Origin: Octopus vulgaris
Lineage: Eukaryota
Assembly (NCBI GenBank): GCA_951406725.2
Contig: OX597824.1
Coordinates: forward strand, 88,040,001-88,104,000
Length of the DNA stretch: 64,000 bases
Direction of reading: 5' to 3'
This document shows positions 12,913-25,019 of the stretch, in pieces (the stretch's first letter is position 1; every line of letters begins with the position of its first letter). The notes below the pieces were generated by a model, which did not search any database, had not been told where the DNA came from, and saw only the letters and a list, made by a program, of their open reading frames with translations. The translations under genes and the position numbers were made by a program.

Positions 12913-13482
12913 TATTTGTTCCTTCTCAAGCCATGCCTTGTTCACAAGGGCCGGTTTCCCAGTTTCCTTGGTGTATAGGTTCCCCACTTGGATGGGACAC
13001 CAGTCCGTCGCAGGAGGGCTGCAAGATGCAGGAGGAAAGAGTGAGAAAAAGTTGTGGCGAAAGAGTCAGCAGAAGTTTGCCATTACCTTCTTATTTCTTT
13101 ACTGCCCACAAGGGGCTACACACAGAGGGGACAAACAAGGACAGACAAACGGATTAAGTCGATTATATCGACCCCAGTGCGTAACTGGTACTTATTTAAT
13201 CGACCCCGAAAGGATAAAAGGCAAAGTCGACCTCAGCGGAATTTGAACTCAGAACATAGCAGCAGACGAAATACCGCTAAGCATTTCGTCCAGCATGCTA
13301 ACGTTTCTGCCAGCTCGCTGTCTTCTTTTAAGTTGTGGTGAAAGAGTCAGCAGAAGTTCGCCATTACCTTCTGTTGGAGCTGCGTGGAGCTCATAAACAC
13401 ACACATCGCCCAGTCTGAGATTCGAGCCCGTGATCCCTCAACTGCAAGTCCGCTGCTCTAACCACTAGGCCATGTGCCTCCA
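12913..13482 (-). mobile_element. tRNA-derived SINE family E with a nested family B SINE
   Basis: Head tggaggcacatggcctagtggttagagcagcgg..gggctcgaatctc. 13-bp TSD caaggataagaat at 12900-12912 and 13483-13495. Other copies at 25275-25822(-) and 47628-47900(-). Confidence 0.85.
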
Positions 13483-13750
13483 CAAGGATAAGAATGGAGG
13501 CCCAGGAAAGATAGGAGTAGTTGCAGGTTGAAAGTGAAAAGGAAGGTGTATTAAAGCAGCTGAGTGACAGGGTGGCAAATGAGGGAGAAGAGAACTCAGA
13601 TTCCAGGAGGATGAGAGTATGTTGAACTGTGGCTGATGGATTGGGCTCAGCGTTCATGAAGGGGTTTGGAATATCTGCATGAAAAGAATAAAAGTCATGC
13701 ATTTGCATTGACTGGGAAGGAGAATTGACACTGTCATGGCAGAATCAGCA

Positions 13751-14158
13751 GTGGATGCGCAATGGCCCAGTGGTTAGGGCAGCGGACTCGCAGTCAGAGG
13801 ATCGCGGTTTCGATTCCCAGACCAGGCGTTGTGTGTGTTTATTGAGTGAAAACACCTAAAGCTCTAAGAGGCTCTGGCAGGGAGTGGTGGCGACCCCTGT
13901 TGTACTCTTTCGCTCCAGCTTTCTCTCACTCTTTCTTCCTGTTTCTTGTCCCCCGACTTCCTACGCAACCACTGAGCCTGGATGCGCATTCATCCATCCG
14001 TCGATGCTCTCAGTGTCGGTTGTTGACCTGCTTTCTCTTCTGCAGGTCTTACGAATAGCAAAGGACCCCTCATTTCGGACTTCTCCCACTACAGACAATC
14101 CTGAGGCATGATCTTGCAAGCTCTGGGATGAAGACCACAGCACTCAACAGACAAACAA
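13751..14158 (+). mobile_element. tRNA-derived SINE family D
   Basis: A box tggcccagtgg, B box ggtttcgattcc, TSD gcagaatcagca at 13739-13750 and 14159-14170. Copies at 24778-25020(+, variant), 36239-36620(+), 44620-44998(+), 50930-51105(-, partial). Confidence 0.88.
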
Positions 14159-14251
14159 GCAGAATCAGCAGAGTCAAAGGAATTATGAGATGGCAAATTT
14201 GGTATGAATGAGATTTGAGGAAGGGAAGTTGAGGTAGGGATGAGAATCTGT

Positions 14252-14998
14252 TAATAATAATGATAATAATAATAATAATGAAATTATTGTATACAGTGCT
14301 CAGGTGCACCACAACTTGTGAAAAGTGCGTATAAAGCATATGCAGTAATGTACAAATGTCTGGGAAGTGAACAGTGTATGAGTCAGATACACGCTTGCGT
14401 GTGTATGGAGGGGAGAAAATCAGGTGTAGTGTTGGCGAATCTCAAGAAGCATGGAAGTTTTGAAGGATGCAGTGCTCCGACTTTTGAAGAATGTATGTAT
14501 GTATGTATTTATCCAGCATGAAGAACTTAAGCGAACTGCGCGAAAGTGCACGGCTCGTATAGTGAATGGGGAAAGCTTGGTCTGCAATGTTTGCAGTCGT
14601 GTATGCTTGTCAAGAGCAGGGCTTATTAGCCACCAACGGAGCCACAAATGCAAAATATAAGTTAGTCCTAGAGCGCATAATGTTCCTGAAGGTCGGCAAT
14701 GGTCTTCCTTGGTCACGAGTGAACAGCCATCATCATCATGTATGTATGTATAATAATAATGATAATAATAATAATAATAATAATGAAATTATTGTATATA
14801 GTGCTCAGATGCACCACAACTTGCCCAAAAGTGTGTATAAAGCATATGCAATAATGTACAAATGTCTGGGAAGTGTGTGTATGGAGGGGAGAAAATCAGG
14901 TGTAGTGTTGGGGAATCTCAGGAAGCATGGAAGTTTTGAAGGATGCAGTGCTCCGACTTTTGAAGGATGTATGTATGTATGTATGTATGTATGTATGT
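14252..14998 (-). mobile_element. Two copies of a CR1-type LINE 3' end with (TTA)n tails, separated by a plus-strand RTE-like C2H2 fragment
   Basis: KSRSTASFKTSML(L/P)EI(R/P)QHYT* at ~14420-14490 and ~14900-14965. The intervening 14510-14740 encodes CNVCSRVCLSRAGLISHQRSH and ends in catcatcat. Confidence 0.65.
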
Positions 14999-15681
14999 AG
15001 CAGAGTGATGTGGAGAGGTGAAAGGTGTTGATGGAGACAGAGATGTCAAAAAAGTTGACGAATGTATTAGAGATGATGGAGGTTTACTCAAGTTTGAAGT
15101 GGAAATTGTTGAAGAAAATGAAAAGTGTGAGTTGCTCTTTGGTGAGTTAAGTGACCTGATACAGCTTTTGATGTAACAGTGGCATAGATCATAGTTTGGC
15201 CCAGTAAATCATCATCATCATCATCGTTTAACGCCTGTTTTCCATGCTAGCATGGGTTGGACGGTTCAACTGGGGTCTGGGAAGCCAGGAGGCTGCACCA
15301 GGCCCAGTCTGATCTGGCAGTGCTTCTACAGCTGGATGCCCTTCCTAACGCTAACCACTCCGAGAGTGTAGTGGGTGCTTTCTATGTGCCACCTGCACAG
15401 GTGCCAGACGAGGCTGCAAACAGCCACGATCGGATGGTGCTTAAGTGACATGATAGAGCCTTTGATGTAACAGTGGCATAGTTCAGAATTTGGCCCAGTA
15501 AACTGAATAAAAATATAGGCCTCAGTATGGCCAACAAATATATTAATAAAAATTACATACTATTTCACATGGAAACATTATGTAATGGTTTGGATGCTTC
15601 AAGATAGGAGTAAAGAGAATCTATATCAAGGTACAGCTGATGATTGATAGGGCTTCAATATCTTCAAAACCCAAATTACAT

Positions 15682-15885
15682 TGACCCTTTAGCACTTAAA
15701 CTGGCCATATTCAACCCAAATATTCTGCCTGTTTTATGATCAAACTGACCAGGTCCAACTTCTCACACTAACCCTACAATGTCATTAAAAATCTGAAAGC
15801 TATGAGATAATGCATGATTAATTCAAAATGATACAAATAGATAAACAGTAGATTTACTAGAGTGATCTGAATGCCAAAGGGTTAG
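15682..15885. mobile_element. Degenerate piggyBac-type MITE
   Basis: ttgaccctttagca...tgccaaagggttag; imperfect CCC/GGG termini with TTAA-like flanks. Confidence 0.45.
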
Positions 15886-16391
15886 AGCTAGAAATGACAA
15901 TTGCCTCCTTTAGACAATCAGTTTTGAAAAAAAATTAACTTATTCTTCTAATTAATTCTTCTAGTTAATTTTTCTCTTTTCTTTCAATGCTTTGTTTTGA
16001 AATAAAACTCTTATTTTGGAACCATTAAAAATTGTTAATGATCGAAGAATTATTTAGATTTGAATAAGAATTCAAGTATAGTACAAGGGAGATGCTAAGA
16101 GCACGGATTTTGATAGTGGCTTTTGAGAACACCTATATTCCTAATTCTTTATTACCCACAAGGGGCTAAACATAGAGGGGACAAACAAGGACAGACAAAG
16201 GTATTAAGTCGATTACTGGTACTTATTTAATCGATCCCGAAAGGATGAAAGGCAAAGTTGACCTCGGTGGAATTTGAACTCAGAATGTAACAGCAGACGA
16301 AATACTACAAAGCATTTCGCCCGGTGTGCTAACGTTTCTACCAGCTCGCCGCCTATATTCCATAGCATGGTGGTGGTCGTCATTGTCGTCG

Positions 16392-16423
<32 letters not shown>

Positions 16424-17007
16424 TGCTTTGATGTTGTTTTTTTTATTATCAGCAGTGTGAACAATGAGTTTTTTTATTTGTTGTTTGATAGCTAGTGATT
16501 CATTTCAAACAAATAAAATCTGTTTTTCTCCATCATTAAGTCATATTATCTAACGATTTTGCCCTGCGTGTAAAACTTTAATCAACACATCTTTTCAAGA
16601 TATTAACCTGACATAGAATTGAAGCAATAAAGGTTGAAATAAAGTTAAAAGTGAACTCATTTAACAACCAGCTTTCAAGCTTCCCTTCTGTGCAGAGAAA
16701 GTTACTGTGAAACTAAACTGATAAACAGAAGCTTTCATTTGTTATTTTATTGTTTAAGAGGAATAAATATTTGATTCAACACAACCATAAAGATTAATGT
16801 ATAATCCTATATATATTTCCCTATCAAATCATAAAATGCTGCTATAGATATGAAATTAGGAAAATGCTGAAGTATTTTAGAATATATCATATTGTGTGCA
16901 ATCAATGTAGAGGAAATTACAATTTTTGGAGTTAGATAAAAGGAAATTAAGGCTGAAATAAAAATTAAAGAGAGTTATATTAAAATTTGTTGAAAAATCA
17001 AACTAAC

Positions 17008-20000
17008 CTTGATTTCTTTCTGGTAATCTACTAATCCGCCATACAATTGCATGATAAACGTTTTCATATTTTGCTGTGCCTACAGAGGCTTCCAGAAGAG
17101 CTGGATTAGTGCCACTTTGTGTCATCATTGTCAACCTTTCTAGCCCTTTGATTTTCCCTGGTTTTCTGGTGGCTGATTTAAAGGACCCATAGCCGAATCG
17201 TTTTTCGTAACGAAATAGATAGATCCAGCAATCAGGAATTGGAAATCTTATTTCAATGTCTTCACAGGGAAATTGCCCATGTTTTTTACTATACGCATGG
17301 TAACCGGTACACACAACGTCACACCGGTATTCAACATGTCTTTCTTTGATACTTCGAAATACTCTCACTATCAAAGGCAACTCTTTATTGTCTCTCAGTC
17401 GAATACGGAACCTCATTAGTTCAAAATGACATGCATCCAGTGGATGAAATTTAATGGTTCCATCCTTTTCGTATTCTTCAGGCTTCGCAGAACAATGAAA
17501 CTGAATATTCTCCGGCTTGATCCATTCTTCTGTTTTGATAGGTATGATATCGTGTCGACCAACAACTTCTCTCCCTTTGCGCCGTTTGTCGTTTACTCCT
17601 AGTTCTACAAATGGCATACCTGTTACAAAAGATAAACAAAAAATTCTTACTCTGGCTTTCTGGGCGACAATATGACCTGCCGTGTTAATCTCTGCTCTGT
17701 ATTCATCAATTACATCGACAATAACTTCGTCTTTTTGATATGATAATGTTTTTTCTCTGTGAGCAACAATTGCCATTAATGCATCTTCCACCTCTTGTAC
17801 AAAGGTGATAATTGTCTGTTCACTTAGTGAACCAAATTTAAGAAGCTCTGAGATCTGCGGAGCATGATCTAAAATCATGTTAGCTTTTGGTTTCATGTTC
17901 TTCACAAAAGTTGGTGTAATCTTTTCGGTTCGAATTCCAACTCTTTCACGATAGAAAACATACTGAATTTTCAATGTGTGTATCTTTCCATATTGATCAT
18001 AATGTTGTAGGGCTATTTCAGACAAAGAGTAACAAGGCTGAAGCGGGAGCTCCTGAAACGAATCTTTATCATCTTTGCTATTGAACAGTTTCAAAACGGG
18101 TCCGTCGTTTTGTTGGACCAATCTCACATAAATTGTCTTCCAGAAACGGTTACCGGTCAGTTTCTTCTTCGTTGGCTGTCGAAGCATTAATGTCCATCCG
18201 TCCTCTTCCATTTTCGGGTTAAAACTTTCAAGGGGTTCAAGGTGTTTTTCTTCCTCTTCAGGTGTGCTACTCTCTGTCGTAGAAACACTCATCTGAGTCT
18301 CAGTTCTTGGTTCCTTTACTTTGTCTTCAGTCTCCATCACTTCGAATTTTGCAAAGTTTTCTTCCGGTGGAGAATCTCGATCAAATGGGTTTATACGTGG
18401 TGCCATTTGCGGAGATTTGGGCACTTTGGGAGGAGGCGGTAGAGCAACTGATGGCCCAGATTCAACTGGTTCCCTCATTCGTATGGTCAGTTTAAAAGCA
18501 TCTTTATTATCATCCATATCTGGGGATTCTTTGTCATCATCACTTGAATCGACAGCTGCTGTATGGGTGGCGGCCATGGCACCTGATGTTTCTGGAATAT
18601 CATCAGGCTCAATGGTTTTGAAAGGGTCAAAAACATCTATAGGCAAGTCAGTCGGATCGATTGGCAAATCTTCCCCTTTACCTAGGAAAATACTGAGATT
18701 GTCTGACAATGAACTCTGTGCTTTTTCAAGTTCTTCTACCTGACTCAAAAATGGATTAATCGTGGTCTCTCCCATCATAGCAGTTGCATTAAAATCACTA
18801 GACAAAAATGGGTTCTTCTGCTCATTTGTCGGTTCTTGACTGTCCATGTCATCTAGAACATTTTGGGGGATATTTTCAGCATCAAAGTTATCATCTTGGA
18901 AAGGGTTAAAAGCTGAATCTTTATCAAGAGTTTCCATTGCCCCCCAAGCATTCTTCGCTGAATCCCCTTCAGCAATTTTCTCAGCAGTTTTTGTATTGAA
19001 GAAATCTTCATCAAAAAATTCGGCATTGGCAACAGCTGGAGTATCGTTTTGATCTACAAACGGATTGGCACTTGATTCTGTAAATAAGCTAACGTTTGAA
19101 TCTGCACCCTCTCCAGATGAACTAGTAATGTTAGTGCTACTGGTGACTGGAGCAGGATCAGGAGTAATCTCAGGCTGTAGGAAAGCATTTAATTTAGAAG
19201 CAATATCTTCAGATATTTCTGGTTGTATTAATGCACCCATATTATTAGCTTTGTTATCAACAGACTGCCCAAAAGGCGAATCATCTTCAATAGTCTCGAA
19301 CATTGAAAATGGATTTTTAACGTGGATAGAAGTTTCCGGATCAATGTTGTCGAAAGGATTAATCTGACTGATTTCTGATTTGGAAATATCAGGTACTTCT
19401 TGTGCATCCATTGCTGAAAAGGAACTCGGAACAGGAGTTGTTTGTGGAGCCAAGATAGGAAATGAGGAATCTGAGAAAGGTGCTGTTGTAGGCACAGCAG
19501 ATGGTTCCAGCATAGGGAAAGCCGAGTTTGTTGTAGGGAAACCAGAATCTGAGAAGCAAGCTGGTTTTATTTCCTCGGCAAACGGATCAGTTAAAGAATG
19601 CACATTTTCTCCTGAAGCGTCAAGCATTGGTGATGCGGATGCAAAACTGTCATCAATGAGTGAAAAAGGTTTATTTGCATGTGACACATCTGGGGCAAGG
19701 ATTTCAGCGGTCGTGTTTGAGGAAACCGGACTACCAAATGTTGTTGAGAAAGCTTCGTCACTGATTAAGAAATCAGCGCTAGCCTTCTTCAGGGATGTAT
19801 CAGTTTCTGCACTACTTGCTACTAAATCTGTTACTTCCATTGTCAGCAGTGAACTGTCTTTTGTTGATGTTGTTGTTGTTGTTGGTATTGTTGTCATAGT
19901 TACGTCTGTCGGTTGTGCAGCAAACATATCACCAGTTGCATCGGTTGCCATTGGAAACGCATCTTCAGATGTTGGCACAGACATACTTGCAGAACCGAAA

Positions 20001-22942
20001 TCACTTCCTACCCCTGGGAAAGCTAAGTCAGTTTTAACTGCCGAGTCTGAGACTGAACCTGGCCAGTCAGCTTCAAATGGTGAACTTGAAAATGGTTGAA
20101 CAGCAGGCGCTGCTTGGGTAGCACTTAATTCACAAAACGCAAAACTAGATTGATCATTAGCAGAAATTTTAGTGCTCAAATCACTATCTGAAGTAGAGCT
20201 AAATTGATCAGAAAAGGCATTCCAGCCAAAAGGAGTTTCAGATGATTCTACATGAACATCTACTGGTTCTGAAATAGTACTAAAAGGATCAGTTTGTAAA
20301 GTCAAGGGTTTATAGACTAATTGATCAGCAATTTGCAAATCTTCCTGTTTAACAAAAGAAACTGATCCTATATCAACTGGTTCTGACGTAGTACAAAAGG
20401 GACTATCTTCTAAAGAGTCTGTAGCTTTTTTATCTAATTTATAAGAAGTATCATCGGTATGAAACTCTAATGGTTCAGATATTGTTGTGAATGGACTAGA
20501 ACTTGGTTTACTTTGATCAGAACTTGCTGAAATTTTCTCAACTGCTTTAATTGCTAGAGCGATTGAAGCAAAATCTAGTGGTTCCGATATAGTTGAATAA
20601 GGTTCTGGTGTGGAGGCCAGCTTGTCTGTTTTACCTGGAATGAGACTAGTGTCTGTTGATCCAGCTGGATCAATGAGTCCTTCAGATTCTGAGAAGCAGG
20701 CAAAACCAGAAAGTTCTAAATTTGGTTGAGTAAATAAGGATGTTTCTGAGGAAGCAAAAGGATCCACAGCTGCAGCTCCTAATTCTTTATCTTTTGGTAT
20801 ATTATTCATGAAAATATTATTTCCTGAATCTTCTGTCTTTTCGACAAAAAAGTCTTCAAGCTGGTTTGCTTCTTCAGTCTTTTCTGAGACAAAATCAGTG
20901 GCCCTTGTTTCTTGTATATTCGGATTTATTTCGAATGCATCTTTGTTTTCACCAAATAGATCAGTATTTGAAGTAGTGAAATCTGCAGGGGATGCAAAAG
21001 GGTCAACTTTTGAACTCGTGAGCTCTGTAGTTGAAGTGAAGGGATCACCTGTTAAACTGCTGAGTTCTGTAGTTGGCGCAAAAAGATCAGCTGTTGAACT
21101 TGTGACCTCTGCAGTTGAAGAGAAGGGATCAACTGTTGAGCTAGTGACCTCTACAGTTGAAGAGAAGAGATCAGCTGTTGCACTTGTGACCTCTGCAGTT
21201 GAAGAGAAGAGATCAGCTGTTGCACTTGTGACCTCTGCAGTTGAAGAGAAGAGATCAGCTGTTACACTTGTGACCTCTGCTGTTGAAGAGAAGAGATCAG
21301 CTGTTGCACTTGTGACCTCTGCAGTTGAAGAGAAGGGGTCAACTGTTGAGCTAGTGACCTCTGCAGTTGATGCAAAAGGATCGCTTGTTGAACTCGTGAA
21401 CTCTGTAGCTGAAGCGAACGGGTCAACTGTTGAGCTAAAAATATCCTTAGTTGGAGTGAAAGGGTCAATATTAGATGGTGTCAAATCAGAAGTGTCAGCA
21501 AATAATTCAGAACCAGATCTTGGCAATCCAGGTGAAACAGCTAATGTATCCAATGTGGAACTACCCAAAGTTGATCCCAGAAATAATGATTCTGTACATG
21601 CAGGAGAAACAACAAAAGGATCAGATGAGGATATTTCTGTTGGGGGTTTTGCAGAAAGTGAATCTGGAACTGTTTTAGATGCACTTGGTTTAACAGAAAA
21701 TGGATCTTCTAAAACATTATAGGACTGTGTTGTAGTTACTGGATCGCTAGAAACTGCAAAAGGATCTGTTGAAGGCGATGTTGTTTTTACTGCAAATGGA
21801 TCAGTGGACTTGATATCACTCTCAACAGATGTAACAAAAGGATCATGCGTCACAACAAAGGGATCAGATGGAGTTGCAACTGCTGATTTAACAGTAAAGG
21901 GGTCAGATTCTGATTCAGTTTTAATAACAATTGAAGAAACATCAAATGGATCGACAATTTTTCGAACAACAAATGGGTCTGCTTCAGATTCTGGGGCAAG
22001 TTGGGTGACGGGAGAAAGTGCAGGACTTATAGCCGGGGAAGGTTTTAGGCTAGTTGAAGGGTCTAATCCTAAAAAGCTATCAACTAATTCATCGGTAACA
22101 CTCTTGTTGGATAAAGTTAAATTTTCTTCTTCTGCTGCTAAAAAGTCTTTTTCAAATTGAGATTGATGGCTGGAGAGCCAATCATCCGGTTCGGGCGGGG
22201 ATTCAAAATCTCCCAACCCAAGCCCTAATAAGTCTTGAACACTACCTCCTGTTTCAGATTTTGGTTTTGTACTAATATCATTTAATTCTTCAGTAGAGTC
22301 TTCAGGGTAATAGCTTGAAGCTTTCGAGTACGGAATATTTGATGCTTCTTCATCGATTTCTTCTGATTCTCCTTGATTAGCTCTCAAACCAGCCCAAGAA
22401 CCATCAGAAGCTGATGCTTCGTCGTCTTCAAGATTATCACCCTCGTCTTTTGATGCTAATCTATTCAAATTCTGTTGTGTTTTTATGACCGTTTCTTTGG
22501 TTCGGTCGAGCATTTGCTGTAAGGCCAGCCATTCTTCAGAGCGTTCAGTTTTATCACTGAGTGTTGGATCGACAAATTCTTTCGAAGGAGAGGGTATTGG
22601 GGATTTGTGCTTCTTCTTATCTTTAATGAAGTGTTTTGGAGATTTTAGGCCAGCTTTATGTTTCAAAGAGCTTATAATTTTATGCGCCTTTTTATTAGCA
22701 GAAGTTATATGATGTCCAACTGATGGAGATGCGCTTCCTGAAGCAGTTGCAGTTGGTTGAGCAGAAGGAGAAGTTGACCGAGAAGTAGCTTTTAAGTTGA
22801 TGGGTGCAGGTCTTGGAGGAGCAGATCGAGGAGGTGGCCCTGAAGGTCGAGGTGGAGGACGTTTCTTAACCAGCTCAAGATTACTCTGTTCATCTCTGTC
22901 ATGAGTCAAATTTGATGAGTCCTCCCAAGAACCAGCAGACAT
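17008..22942 (-). CDS. stnB: Stonin/stoned (Stoned-B/stonin-2-like endocytic adaptor with a Stoned-A-like N-terminus), giant coding exon; CDS incomplete at the 3' end
   Basis: 1991-codon open frame. Acceptor tttcaatttcAG|G gives exon start 22962; ATG in gccATGt context at 22942; donor CAAG|GTTAGT at 17008/17007. Stonin homology domain GWTLMLRQPTKKKLTGNRFWK, then mu-homology domain (FLSFVTGMP-like FCLSFVTGMP, IQFHC, IKFHPLDACHFELMRFR, SVGTAKYENVYHAIVWRI). 7 NPF, ~20 DPF and one WNAF motif. Confidence 0.93.
20954..21466 (-). repeat. Coding minisatellite: 12 x 42 bp (14 aa, D[P/L]FSSTAEVTSxT[A/V])
   Basis: Asp codons are spaced exactly 42 bp apart from 21466 to 20962; central units are nearly identical. 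Confidence 0.95.
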
Positions 22943-23434
22943 GGCTAGTCCACTGCTCTTGCCTGAAATTGAAAACAAAGCAAGATTATAATCATAAATT
23001 TGAAAAATTTATTGATAAAATAATTGAAATAATTATAAATTAAACTTAATATTGTAGAACAAAAAATATGGCATATTAGGAAAATGTTAACTTTAATAAG
23101 AAACAAAATACAAAAATAATAAGTAAATGAGTGGAAATCAGACCAGTGAGTGTGTTAAATTAATAAGGCACTAAAAGAGAATGATTCTCCCCAGACACAA
23201 TAAAATATGCTTCAACACACGAATTCAGATAAAGAATCTTGCAAACCAAATACAAAGACGAAATAAAATACAAAAACAAACATAATTTGAAATAGGTTGA
23301 AATTTAAATGCAACACTACTTTGCAGAAATAAATGTTCTGTCATCCAGAAATGTGGCAACATTAAGAGTTATTACCACAAAGCCATAACATATACGAGGT
23401 GAGAATGCAAATAAATTAAAGAATCATGACTATA

Positions 23435-23848
23435 TCGTTGTCGTCGTCATCGTCGTCATCGTCATTGTCGTTGTCATCGTCATCATTGTCGTCGTCGTCG
23501 TCATCATCGTCATCGTTATTGTCGTCGTCATCGTCATCGTCATTGTCGTTGTCATCGTCATCATTGTCGTTGTCGTCATCATCGTCATCATTGTCATCGT
23601 CGTCATCATCGTCATCGTCATTGTCGTCGTCATCGTCATCATCGTCGTCGTCGTCATCGTCATTGTCGTCATCAACGTCATCATAGTTGTCATCGTCGTC
23701 ATCGTCATTGTCGTCATTATCGTCATCATCATCGTCGTCGTCGTCATCATCGTTATCGTCATTGTCGTCGTCATCGTCGTCGTCAACGTCGTCGCCTTCA
23801 CCGCTGCCACCACCACTACTATCATCATCATCATCATCATCATCACCA
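23435..23848. repeat. Mixed (TCA/TCG/TTG)n trinucleotide tract
   Basis: Directly visible; similar tracts at 33032-33200, 43140-43500 and 53000-53800. Confidence 0.95.
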
Positions 23849-24374
23849 CTATTTAGTGTCTGATTTCCATGCTGGCATGTGTTGGATGGTTTGATGGAAG
23901 CTGGAGAAGTCAGAGGACTGCATCAAACTTTACTGCCTGCTTTGGCGTGGTTTCTACAGCTGGATGCTGCCCTTCCTAATGCCAACCACTTTACAGAATG
24001 TACCAGGTGCTTTTAACGTGACATCATCCCCAGTGAGGTCACCGAGAAATACGCAAGACAAAGACACCCGCAGCTGAGTGGGGAGTAGTATTGAGGGGAC
24101 AGGCTTTATGCCAGGAGGCTGAAAGGTTTAAGTATGTCAGAAGGGTAGGAACAGGTGTCTTGCTGTAAAGGTGATACAAGGTTAACGAGTTGAAAAAGAA
24201 ATAAAACAGCAGTGGAGATGAATCAGAATTATAAATAACTGTAAAGAACTACAAGATCAATGATATGTTTTTATTTAAAATGTCAAATATTCAGTTTAAT
24301 TGTAATAATTAATATATCAACATTCAGTTTTATGAATTTAAAAAAAATTATGCTCATGTTTTGATTGGAGCCTG

Positions 24375-24548
24375 AGCTACTACATGCATTTTTTTCTCTC
24401 CTTGTTTTTTTCTGTGTATCTTTCTGTCGAAGAGCGTAGGCTCAAAACATAAAAGACTCTTTCTATTCCTGAGCGTTATACTAATACATTTTTTTTGTTT
24501 GTACTCCACCTACCTTCGTCTTTTGTTTATTTTCGTAAACTTTCCCTT
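24375..24548 (+). mobile_element. Short element with a decayed minimal hammerhead motif (same family as 39885-40078)
   Basis: tcttt-CTGTCGA-a-gagc-gtag-gctc-AAAACATA-aaaga; GAAACGTA has taken two G>A changes at CpG sites. Confidence 0.7.
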
Positions 24549-24711
24549 TACCTATTGATAAGCATGTTATATTGACATGTTCGTTTCTGTGTATGAGTGA
24601 TGATTGTGGATGTATTACTTTTGCAAATAATAAGGGTGCAATCATAAAGTTCCTTGGACAAGTAGATCTGTATGTGACTTTACACAGATTTGTTGAATTG
24701 CGTGGCAGGAT

Positions 24712-24746
<35 letters not shown>

Positions 24747-25019
24747 ATATACACACACACACACATATATACAATATGTGGAGGCGCAATGGCCGAGTGG
24801 TTAGGGCAGCAGACTTATGGTGGTAGGATCGCGGTTTCGATTCCCAGACCGGGTGTGTGTGTTTATTGAGCGAAAACAACTAAAGCTCCACAAGGCTCTG
24901 GCAAGTGGGGTGGCGATCCCTGCTGTACTCTTTTGCCACAACTTTCTCTCACTCTTTCTTCCATTGGCCTGCTCGCTTAGCCAGTGGGGTGGTGTCATTT
25001 GAAGGCTAAAACAATGCAA

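Larger units (their letters stand above)
12420..15208 (-). mobile_element. Ancient Penelope-like element (RT and GIY-YIG), fragmented by nested insertions
   Basis: Minus-strand pieces in colinear order: FTGPNYDLCHCYIKSCI (decayed YIDD, ~15150-15208); FNNFH..ISNTFVNFFDISVSINTFHLSTSL (~15000-15120); TDSHPYLNFPSSNLIHTKFAIS*FL*LC (~14170-14250); FSLICHP and PIFPGPPFLS (~13490-13740); HFDC..LIYSTTCKL..FIEE..LGNRFYEHL and E*CLIFYLGTF..QGLN (~12420-12745). Confidence 0.8.

Noticed and set aside
18321-22160. Plus-strand ORFs of 118-304 aa antisense to stonin
   Set aside because: Shadow frames caused by codon bias and the 42-bp repeat of the real exon.
22943-22978. ORF-track start MFSISG
   Set aside because: It is a non-ATG codon inside the polypyrimidine tract; the exon starts at 22962.
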